A stretch of 55,030 nt of DNA from contig UYFQ01000582.1 of NCBI GenBank assembly GCA_900617105.1, forward strand, positions 1 through 55,030. Reading direction: 5' to 3'. The notes under the pieces were generated by a model that searched no databases, was not told where the DNA came from, and worked only from the letters and a program-made list of their open reading frames with translations. Origin of the DNA: Hydrurus foetidus (lineage: Eukaryota). This document shows positions 37,920-48,745 of the stretch, piece by piece. A program made the translations under genes and the position numbers. Positions within the stretch are counted from its first letter, which is position 1, and every line of letters starts with the position of its first letter.

Positions 37920-40900
37920 TCACCTTTCACCGCTGTGCTTCGACTTGAGGGATAGGAGGGGGAGGGACAGTGGGTCTTCGATGATTCCCTCCTCCGCCAT
38001 GAACATTGAGAAGCCCTCCGAGTACATCATCACCAGTCGCTGCTCGTTCTCATCCGTGTCCAGCACTTCCGCCACCCACTGGGGACCCACAAGGCCGAAT
38101 GGCTGCTGCGAGTAGACCGAAGACGACTTGAGGTCACTCTTGCTTATGTCGCGACTCAGCTTGCTCGACAGAAGTCGCGAATGGGCGGCATGAGTTCTTT
38201 TTCTTTCCCTGACTTCGACGCAGTCGTATTTGTTGAATCGCTCCCCTGTACGTATACCCTCCCCGTCATCACTCACGTTGCCGCTGTCTCCGATGAAGCT
38301 GTCCTTCTCGAGATTGTCTCCGCGTTTTGGAGACCATTTCCCCTTAGTCCCTTTAGCTTTGCTTGCTCCCTTACTCCTTGAGGTCACTTCTCCGCTGAGC
38401 TCCTTCATTTGTCGGATGAAACTATCAGTGTCGCTGCTGGCCGCACTGAAAGGCGAGAACAACGCGTCAATGCCATCTCCCTCTCCCCCAACATCCCTGT
38501 CTGCATGTCTATGTGCATCCCCCGCGTGGATGTTCTTAGAGTGGTAGTCCCCACTGACTATGAGGGAAGAGGGCGAGTCGCACGAGACCATGGGCACATT
38601 ACTGTCATAGTACTTGGTGTTACTGCTCTCACAGTGCAGCTCCAACATCATCTCCGCCATGCGCTTGCTCTCTGCCTCGGACACAGGGAACACCCCTTCC
38701 CTTTCCTCCTTGATCCTCTTCATGCTATTGCTCCCGATGTTAGTGTTGCTGCTAGTGCTGATGTTGGGGGGTAATTTCTCTAATGTCGTTGCCCTACCCG
38801 TGACTCTTAATCGGTGCTTTATCTTGACGGGTTTGGTGACACTGTCATTGTCCCCGTCCTCACCGCGATACCCCTCGTCTTCCTCCTCTGTGGACATAGC
38901 TCTCTCTCGACACCTCTCCCCTCTCCTGTGTGACGTCATCTTCGAGTAGTGGGGATCTTGATTAGGAGGTCCTATAGGGCTGCTAGAGTAGGGACCCATG
39001 ACAGACCCTTTGGGCACACTCTGTACTCCAAGGGCTCTCTGCCTCTTCTTCAACCGTGTGGAATATTCCTTATCTCTGTCCCGTCTATCCCTCTCTTCTT
39101 GATCCTTCCCTTTCTGCATGTTCTCGTCAATCCTAGCGATACCTTGATCAATTCTTTCTTTTATTTCTTCCCGCGAAGGTGCGCTTGACTTTTTCTTCAT
39201 TATTCTCCTTTCATTATATTGTTCCATCTGTTTTGCAGTGTTCCGAATCAAGCATCGCATTAGAGATTATGAGCGTGCCGTGCTTAAGATGGCATAATAC
39301 GGTGTAATTTAATATAACGCACAAGATGTCAAGCATGATGTCTGATGAAATGAGACTTGATTTCGTGCGTGAGGTGACAGATAATGACAACACTGCAGTA
39401 ACATATTCCAAGTTCCCTTCCAGCACGTCTAAGAGGAGTGAAAACTAAAGACTGGAGAATTTTGTGGACCATTGAAGAAACAGATCTGAGTCCATGTTGA
39501 TCGGTGTCCAGACTCATGCTTCCGCGCAATCAACGCATCGTACCGTCACCCACACATCCTCTGAGTCACTACTCTCAGTCACTCCCTAATGCTGTCAGTA
39601 AATCCAGCTGTCATCCACTCGCTCATGCGTCACTCACGCATCCACTCAACAATTCAGTCATGCACTCTCCCATTTATAGTGTCGCATATTCTCTCGTATC
39701 GTCACGAATCAACTCCCCCTATCCATCCCTCCTTCCCTCCCTCAATCACTCATGCTGTCATTATTTCAAGCTGTCACTCTCTCACCTTCTCACGTGCCGC
39801 TCTCTCCTCGTCTGCCTGCGCTCTTTCTTGAAGACGTTGGAACAAGGGCTTCTTGGACACCTTCTTCTTCAGAACAGCGATCGACTCAACGCTCTCAGCG
39901 GACGGAGAGTAGTTCAGCCCAGACAACATCCGAGGCGAGGATGGGCTGAGGAGGGGAGGACTGTACATATAGAGTAAAGTCAAGTAGAATGTGAAGGGGT
40001 GTGAGAAGCGCCTATGAGAGGGGGCATGTCGATAGCAGGTCATATCAGTAACACTGCATGAAGGTCATTACAGGAAGAAAGTCAGGTCAAATCTGGCATA
40101 ATTCCTCCTTCTCACATTTTTCCATGAGACCCCTCTTTGACTACATCGCTGTGCCTAAGCGCTACCCCACCCATCCTCGGACCTGCGCCCAACTTCTCGT
40201 TTTCATTCAGGTACAGGGTGTAGGACTTTTCCGGTGAGGATATTTCGGGGCGTAATGGGGACGGTTTCTCATTTCCGTATATTATCTTGGGCAGCTTTGT
40301 TCTTTTTTGAGCGACATTGCTTTTATGTTCACCACAATAATGTTCCTGCTGTATTTGATAACGTTTGTTAACAGTTTATCGATTTTAATTCACGCACTAG
40401 GAATATTATCAGATGATATTCTCCCAACCTTCAATTCCTCTTCCTTGAGAAAGTCAGCTTGCGCTTTATCTAAAATTCGCTGATACAAAGGCTTATCCGA
40501 TTTCCCACTTCTGCGATCCTCTTCTCTGGCTTTTTCTAACATACGCTGAAAGTGTGGCTTCTTCTTCATCCGCAGTTCTGAGCTACAGAGACTCTCTTGA
40601 CTGTCATGGCTGGGGCTGAGATTGTTAGATTGCCTCCTACCTCCGTTGGGCGAAGAAATGAAACGATGTCTGGACTCAGGTCCAACAGATCCCACCCCCA
40701 CATTCCTAGAACTAGAAACTCCCTCAACATCGCCTATACTATCGTTGATTACAACGGAAAGAGAAGACAGTTGGGGGTGGAGAATGCTGCTGTTCGAGTT
40801 CGGTCCCTTGTTAGCTTCACGGACTCTACGACCTCGGATGCTGAAATTGATGTAGAAGGGACATTCATTGAACGTTTAAGGCATACAAGTTTATTCAGTG

Positions 40901-41162
40901 TAGATATCTGCACTCTTCGTCATGATGACAGTTTCAGGTAAACACTCCATACTACCCTGGCTACGACAAATCAAAAAACGATCATCGCGCAGGTAGAAAA
41001 TTAGATCCGAGCAACATACTTCATACTTCATGATACGATGATCGTCGCCAAATATGCAGTAACAACTCACCTTGTGCCAATCTTAGGAAGCTTCGATGTA
41101 AACTTCTTAACCAAACAGTAATCGATATCTGGAGCGTCTCTTTCGACATCAGACTCGTCCAT
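37920..41162 (-). CDS. Unknown charged/low-complexity protein (about 5 exons)
   Basis: ATG 41162; exons 41162-41071, 40840-40430, ~40346-40183, ~39961-39786, ~39227-37920; repeated motif KK/KP[HL][FY]QR[MIL]LxKA three times; 446-codon final ORF. Confidence 0.65.
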
Positions 41163-41496
41163 GCACCTCTCGTGAAGAGTCATGAAGGAAAAGAGAAGAA
41201 AATTTCAAATCGCAACAACATTCGCCTCGAGTTGATATATTGTCTGCTAGTTCTTGTCCAATTGAATGATAGCGGCAGTATCACGAAAAGATCATCTGGT
41301 TTTGCTGTGGAAGCGCCGAACTTGAGAAGATAAACACCAGAGCCGGTGTAGTGGCTACACTCGTTTGGACAAGTCCTCTTGCCACGCAGTACAAGTTTCG
41401 CTCTTTTCGAATTACAAGTTTCTCTTAGTTGAGATGAGGGCAACCGCATCGAATTATTCCCAAATCAAATCGCCGTCGTGGGGGTCGTGGGTCGTG

Positions 41497-42252
41497 TTGG
41501 CATTTCGCGATTCGGAAATAATTTACCGTGTACTGAATTGAGAGATTCGTGTACTGAATTAATAGTTTGATGTACTGAAATCAATACTAAAGGTTAGGAT
41601 TGGGGTTAGGATTAGAGTTAGTGTTAGGGCTAAACTCAGAGTCAGGATCAGGGTTACGGCTAGAGTTAGGGTGTATTCAGTACATCAAACTATTAATTCA
41701 GTACATCATTAATTGGGTCTCTTTCGGGATTATATGCCACTCGTTTTTGGAATTATGCTAGCATAACTTACGTCTTTTTTACCCTTGTTTGGAGGAATTA
41801 TGCCACCTTGTAAACTTATTATGCCACTTGGAAGCTAATTTATGCCACTTGGAGCTAAATTATGCCACCAGAAGCTAAATAAATTTTACCGCATACCGGA
41901 TATAACGGGTATACCGGGTGAACAATCTGCCAAATATACCGGGTATACCGGGTGCCCTCGCTAATTACACCGAGTATACTGGGTATACCGGAAAACAAAC
42001 GACCAAAACTTTCCGGTGTACCCGGTAAACCTCTATACGGGGTATACCGTATGGGGTTTCTGCCTCTATTATGCTGCTTAAACTGCAATTATGCTACGTC
42101 ATGACCTGAATTATTGCATTCGGATCAAATTGTGCCAGTTGGTACCAATTTGAGTCAAATTATGCCACTCATTATGCTAGTATAATCCAAAATCCCCGTA
42201 GGGCCAAATTATGCTACAGTAAGCACATTCTAGCACAATCGCAAAATGCCAA
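41497..42252. mobile_element. 756-bp composite non-autonomous TIR element
   Basis: TTGGCATTTCGCGATT (41497-41512) / AATCGCAAAATGCCAA (42237-42252), 15/16 match; flanked by direct repeat GGGTCGTG (length ambiguous because the flank is a GGTCGTG heptamer repeat); internal TTATGCCAC arrays and an ATACCGGG-rich segment ending ...TGCCTCTA at 42068. Confidence 0.72.
41550..41705. repeat. Perfect 30-bp inverted repeat enclosing degenerate TTAGGG-like hexamers
   Basis: TGTACTGAATTAATAGTTTGATGTACTGAA (41550-41579) and its exact reverse complement (41676-41705) bracket GGTTAGGATTGGGGTTAGGATTAGAGTTAGTGTTAGGG...GTTAGGG. Confidence 0.88.
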
Positions 42253-42295
42253 GGGTCGTGGGTCGTGGTGACTTCTACTGCAGTGAAAATGTCGT

Positions 42296-42360
42296 GTGGG
42301 AGGTGGGAGGTGGGAGGTGGGAGGTGGGAGGTGGGAGGTGGGAGGTGGGAGGTGGGAGGG
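42296..42360. repeat. (GTGGGAG)9 heptamer repeat
   Basis: Directly visible; nine GGG runs with 4-nt spacers. Confidence 0.95.
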
Positions 42361-43234
42361 CTGCCAGTCCGAAGCCCGAGACCGGCCGGTGCCCGTGTAC
42401 GAACGTACGTCGTACATAATGGTGCGGATGTACGAGAGTCTCAGTACTCTGTACTGACCGTCAAACGGCATGAGATAGACGGCATGAGATAAATTGCTGG
42501 ATTTAGGCGAATCAATAGGCTTGTGAAAACTTAAAAGCATTTCTCGGCTTCCTCATTTTCCATGCTGTTGGGTTGCATGGAATCATATTTACTGTAGAAA
42601 CCTCTACTCAACAAAAATATTCAACAGGAGAAATCTGCTCCGCAACAAACTTTGATCATGTTATCTATCTTTGTCATGGAATGAGTTGTTGAAAATGTTT
42701 TCGAGGATAATCTTTCTTGTAGATCAACACGATCAAAATCGTTGTACTGTAGCTATCATTTTGAAGTAAGATTCTTTTTGCGATTTGACCGCACTAAGTG
42801 TCGGTACATGCTGCGATATCAACAAGTACTTCAGAAAGTCAAGCTTTTCAGTCTTTAGACCGGATATCATACTCCATACTTCTTGTTTCTGTTTCACAAA
42901 TACTTTGAGACAGTGATTCAGGACATTTCAACCCACGTATGATAGTACTAACTACGTAATAACGGTGACAGCACGTTAAGGATCGACTGTCACCTTCCAT
43001 AATGTTCAATCAGTATCAGAGGCGTAAAATTTTCAAGGCTTCGTAAGCTGTCAGGTCGTCAGGTCTGTGAGAAAGGTTGGAACTTTCTTGACCCACAATC
43101 CCGGATTATTAGCCATTGATTGTCGTAGAACCGGTTATAAACGACATCCCATCATCCATCATCCACCACCGCTCTCATCCGACTACGTCTCCTTCTTGTC
43201 ATCTCCCAATTTCACACAAAAAGCATTGCAAATC

Positions 43235-43738
43235 ATGTCAACTGCTATCTCCCCTGCCCTGCTTGAAAGCATCTATGGTTGCTTGGTAAAGAGCGGCCTT
43301 ACAGCAACCGCAAAATCGCTTGCGAAATCAGCAAAATTAGATGAAAAGAAACTGAAGAAGAATGTCCCCGCAGATTTAATGCAGTTGTACACACAATCTT
43401 TGAAGTAAGACGCTGAAGAAGACCGTACTAGCTTCGCGACATCCATATTCTTATAAACATGCAAATCAAATCGCAGGCGCCCGGCAGCAGCAGTAGCGAA
43501 AAGCAGCAGCGATGAGAGTAGCAGTGAGGATGAGGCTCCACCAGCAAAGAAGGCAACCCCAGCGAAGGCTGTCGCGCCAGCAAAGAAAGCAGCCGTTGCC
43601 GCCGAAAGCAGTGACGATGATAGCAGTAGCGAGGATGAGGCTCCTCCTGCAAAGAAAGCACCTGTGGTGGCTGCAAAAAGTAAACCAACAAAGAAGCCTG
43701 TCGAAAGTAGCGACGACAGTAGCAGTGACGACGAATAA
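43235..43738 (+). CDS. Short LisH-like + Nopp140/SRP40-type acidic/basic repeat protein, 143 aa, 2 exons
   Basis: Exons 43235-43404 and 43477-43738: LLESIYGCLVKSGLTATAKSLAK (LisH-like), DLMQLY, then alternating SSSDESSSEDE / APPAKKATPAK blocks ending SSDDSSSDDE-stop. Confidence 0.82.
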
Positions 43739-44360
43739 ATTTTACCGTGCGATAGAACAGATCTTTTGCAGCAATAGTTTCCCCCCTGAAAGTATCAGCT
43801 GGTTTACAGATATGTCGTCTTTGTGAATATGTGCCCTTCCTCTCACAGTCTCTCCCTCTCTGCCCCTATGCTAGGTTCGATCCCTGTTGGTGATTTCTCG
43901 AGAACTTGTAAATAATAGCCTTTTTATTGTAAAAAACACCGAAAACATTTTGTCTTCCTCTCCTTTCTTGAAACAAATACGAAAGAGATGCACAGATGAT
44001 GAATACATGCAACAACTGTCTCGACGTATCAGGAGCAAGTGTCGTTGAATGCAGCAGAGCTTGTGAATATCCATGTACGGCTGCTGCTTCCCCATTCTCA
44101 CACACATTTGACCCAAATCATCAAGAAACTGCACATGCAACCTACGATGAATAATATCATGTATTATTCATCGTCGTATCTCATCTTTAAAATAGGTGCA
44201 GTACGTACGACACACAGCGTGTACGACATCATCAGAGAGTGGATCAGTTATCACATCCACCAATGATCCACGGAGAGTAGCAATCAAAGCTGTCAGGACT
44301 CTTATATGTTTGGGGAATTGGGACTGAATCAGCTTTGATGATCTCTATCAGTTTCTTGTA

Positions 44361-46804
44361 ATGGCTGAATCCAACTCACATCATCCATCAATATCTTCTA
44401 TAGAGGATGTCATTTCAGCGGCGAGGTCTCTGGAAGATTGCAGTCTCGATGTGACGTATCCTTCCTTACAGAGAATAGTTGACAGCTCAAAGAAGTTTGG
44501 TCTCGTAGCGGAATTGTGGCTCAATGAAAGGAATGAAAGCGCTTCCACTAATCTTCTTGGCGACTGCGACGAGAATGACTTAAAACAGTACAAAAATATC
44601 CTTAACAACTCTCAATCTACCATCTTAAGGCTATTGATGGATAGTGGGGTTGTGCATGATTCATTCCAGAGTTCTTTCCAGTTGTCGATGGACATTTGCT
44701 ACTTTTTGGATGAAGAATGCGAAGAGTCAAACAATATTTTCGGCGAGCAATTAGCTTCAATTCTCCGACATTGTTTGCATTTGATTGAGACCCTATCCTT
44801 GAGTGCTGTGATAAGCTTGAGGAAAGTCGAGAGCCTCATACTGATCATTAGCAGCTTCTTCGAGACGTACTTTGGAGGCAGGCGTGTTGGGAGGAACATC
44901 CCTGCCCCTAATGATTCCTTGCTGGTGATCACAGCGCTATTACAACGGATGAAAATTAACATGATGACGCTGGGTAAAAAAACAGTGGAGAATGGGAACA
45001 TCGAGCCCATTGAGGTGCTCAAGGAAATTCGAATATGCTACTCAGACATCCGAGCAAGCTGCATCACAACGGCTTCGAGCATAATTGCCGCGTGTCCCGG
45101 GTGGGTTGCAGAAGACACTGAAAGGTTAGAAGGCGAATAACTGCACCAGCTGTATATCCATAAATGCTCAGCTCGGTCAATTTTGGCTCTTGCAGGTACT
45201 GGAGGCTATGCACTTTATCTCTGTCCACCCCTCTGCTCTTCTGCGTGGGCTACAAAGCATCTTCCCAGTGGACCGTTAGATCGACAGCAACAACAGCAGC
45301 GACATCGCCAGAGTCAGCAGTCACACCTGACTGGGTCTTGACGTCTCGGATATCGATTCACTTGCAGGGAGCTCTAAAGAACATCAGCAGATACTCTTCC
45401 AGTGCCGCTGATGACATCATGACAGCGATCAGAGAGCTCTGCGAGAACAGCTGCACAGAGGTGCTCTTCGCTCAACACGGCACCACAGACAAATACACTC
45501 ACATAGAGCACAGAAGAGTGGACCTCCTCAGCGCTCTGCTGCAGGGATATTCTTCGCATCCCAAGAAGCCTTCTGGTCGCTTAACAAATGAGGTGCCGTG
45601 GAAGGTGGCCGTAACGGCCGGGTTGACCGACATGTTCCGGCTAATTAACATGAAGCCGTCCCACAAAAGTCTTAGCAATACAGTCACAGAAGTTGATTCC
45701 AATGGAAACAGTGCAGATGGTGTCAGCTGTTGGGACCTTGGGTGCCACAATCTGGAATCTAGAGACTTCAACGAAGACTTCGTGCATCTGGTTCTCGAAC
45801 AATCGTTGCTGCTATACAGCGCAACAGGCATACAGACATCCCCGACAGGTGATGTATAGCTGACATGCTGTGGTTGTGTCGTTACTGCAACCTAGGAGAG
45901 TGCTGGTCGAGTGAGTAACTGTATCTACTTACTGTTATTTGTTTCAGTTTATTTTACTTTATCTTATTTTATCATCTAACAAATAGAGCCAGTAGCGGAC
46001 AGGCAAGATATCAAAGATATCGGTGAGTCTTGCTGAAGTTGTTGCTTGATCTCTTCTTCTGAATGCAATTGTAATCATGTGCGGCAATAGATAGCGACCA
46101 TGTGTGGTGTTACTGATCATCGGCTTCATTAATGTGTGATGTGTCACTGTGCACAGTGAATTCTGCTAACTGCTGGAGCTATATGACAGAGGCTCGAGCA
46201 CAAACACTACACTAGCGCAACTCGTCCCGTAAAAAATTGCTATTTGCCACTCCATTGCCAGTTCAAATCTCTCTAAGTGTCCTGACCCCCACCCTTACGA
46301 CATGATCTGTTAACAGGGAAATTGAATTTCGGGACTACGAATACAGAGTCTTTATCAAACCTGCTGCTCTCTCTGACTGCTGGTCTGATCGCATTCCTGG
46401 AGTTGATCGCACAAACTGTTTGTCCTACCATCGGACAGGACGACACTGGGGATAGCGCAGCGGGGTTACAGATGGAAGGGCACAGCTGTCTGAGAGCTCC
46501 TCTGTCTCAGCTGCGTGATCATCTGTTGTTTATCAAAGACAGACAGGTGGGCTCCTCTCTCTTCTCTCTCGCACATCTGAAGTGCGTATGCTCTGCGCAT
46601 CACTGGTCTTCAAACATCGAGATTGTCCTTGATTTTGAGATTTGCAGTTCCCTCTTCCTTCACCTCATCATCGCTATCATAATTGTCATGCAGGCGATAT
46701 TTGAAGACGATCGCATGCAAGTCAGTACTGAGAAAGAGCTTCTAGAGGGCATCGAACAATTCCTACTCCGGCACTGTGACGTCTCCGAGAGTCTGGAGGG
46801 ATGA
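44361..46804 (+). CDS. Unknown, probably alpha-helical protein (about 4 exons)
   Basis: Long ORFs 44361-45140, 45164-45859, 46322-46804 joinable by GT-AG introns (first junction checked, phase 2); Leu-rich amphipathic segments; no family recognised. Confidence 0.65.
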
Positions 46805-47949
46805 AAGTCCTTTTGCATCAATCCTATTCCATTCTACTCTACTCTGATTTACTCCACTTTATTGAAGCCGCAGCAAGGCAAATCATGATGTTGGAGGACA
46901 GCAGTGCAAACGCAATCTCTACATCTACGCCTATATCTACATCGACATCTACATCGACACCGTGTGGACGAATACATGTATATGTGCGTGTGCATGTACA
47001 GTTCCTTCATGATGAGGTGAGATGAGATGTCACATGGTGCGAGTGAGGCGATGACTGGCACTATGCAGTCACAGTCACGGTCACAGCAAGGACACTTGCT
47101 ACTGCTACTGCTGTTCCTGTTGCTGTCCGTACTGATCAACAGCAATCACAGTGACCATGGCTGACAGACACTCAATGCGGTGACTGACGGGCTCAGTGCA
47201 TATAACAGATCAGAACAGAGATAGAGAGAGAGCAAGAGGACCGCACAACTGAATATAAATCGAAGTAGCTGCAGGTGGCTTACTCACTGATTGACTGCAC
47301 ATGATCAGATCACACAAGGCTTGATGCGATGTGAAGCGATACATAGCACTCGATCCGAAGTGATCTCTAGTCACGAAGATCCCTAATGGGGAGTTGATGA
47401 GCTGTATCGCCATGTCTGTGCGGAGAACAAGCACGGCTGGACCACATGTAGGGCACGAGGGAATTCAGCTGACCAGATCCACTCAAATTCAAGGCACAGC
47501 ATGGCGATGCACAGTGCTAACTCGTGATATCTTGTACTATAGCCAGCTCTGTAGCCGATGTTATGTGTCAGTTGAGGGGATGTCCGACCCGACCAACACC
47601 AAGCACTGTCGGTATCTACAGGAGCCATCATCATCTCTGCACAATGAATCGTTCGCCAGCAAATGAGCCACTGAATGTGAGATTTTTTTTACAGATACGC
47701 ACTCAGGGTAAATAATCAGCAAACTTTGAAAGTGAATCTTGTACAGAGGGCGAAAATGAAAGAAAAAACAAGTAATCAACACAGAGCAATCAAAAACATC
47801 AAGTGGGAAAATATACGACGCTCACTGCGACGACACAGTCAGTAGGAGTGGGGTAGACTAACGTGAGAGCGTCATGACTCCGAGAAACGCTTCCCCATTG
47901 CCGACCAATATAAACATTAAATCTATGTCAGTCGTCACTCTTGTATGTG

Positions 47950-48570
47950 TTAAGTGATTGGTGACCGATATGGTACGTCCTCACTACTGCCATTGAGCGA
48001 ATTTACGCGATTTTTATCATCAACCATACTCTCAAATAGTCTCATTCTGCTATGCACATGCTTCTTTTGTTTCTGAGGTGAATAAGCTGTTTTTATCAAC
48101 TGTTGCGACATTCCGGCGATCGTGTTACCCGAGAGGCACAAAGATTCTGATTTAATAGACTGAAAGCCGATCATTTTGGATTCCTCAGCTAAAAAATGTC
48201 TCGTTTTCGAGAGGCATAAATCCCGTTTCTTATCCATTTGAATCAATTGGTCATTCAGGTGTCTCCTGTGGGGTAGATTAAAGAAATTTTCTGTGGATAT
48301 TGCTTCTGTGGAGGCTCCCCGCATTAAGCGAATTTTGTCTGTGCTTCCCGATTTGTAACTGCTCGATATTTTACCAGACATACCAATCGCTGGAGGACTC
48401 CATGATTTTGAATACACCGATCGAATACCAGTCCTCTTCAAATCAGGCAGGATGACCTTAGATGTTGCATCCAGTGAGCCTTCGTGACGTGGGAAGTGGG
48501 GTAATCCGACTAACTTGTCGAGATATATAAGATTAAGATTCATTGAGGATTGCTTTGTTCCTTCTCGCAT
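47950..48570 (-). CDS. Hypothetical basic protein, 206 aa
   Basis: Uninterrupted ATG-initiated ORF in non-repetitive sequence; no motif recognised. Confidence 0.5.
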   Translation of the reverse strand: MREGTKQSSMNLNLIYLDKLVGLPHFPRHEGSLDATSKVILPDLKRTGIRSVYSKSWSPPAIGMSGKISSSYKSGSTDKIRLMRGASTEAISTENFFNLPHRRHLNDQLIQMDKKRDLCLSKTRHFLAEESKMIGFQSIKSESLCLSGNTIAGMSQQLIKTAYSPQKQKKHVHSRMRLFESMVDDKNRVNSLNGSSEDVPYRSPIT

Positions 48571-48745
48571 GATTTCCTGGCATCAGACTTGCTGAAAGAG
48601 CGGATAAGTTGACGAAGCCTTCAGTGGTGGCATAAATTGTAAATTTCTATTCCCCGCGAGCAACTCAACTCAGAAACTAATAAACCACTGTGATGATGGA
48701 TGATGACGGATTCGATTGGGATTGGGGATGATGTGAGATCAGAGA

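Noticed and set aside
41590..41672. True chromosome telomere
   Set aside because: Short, degenerate, internal and bracketed by inverted repeats.
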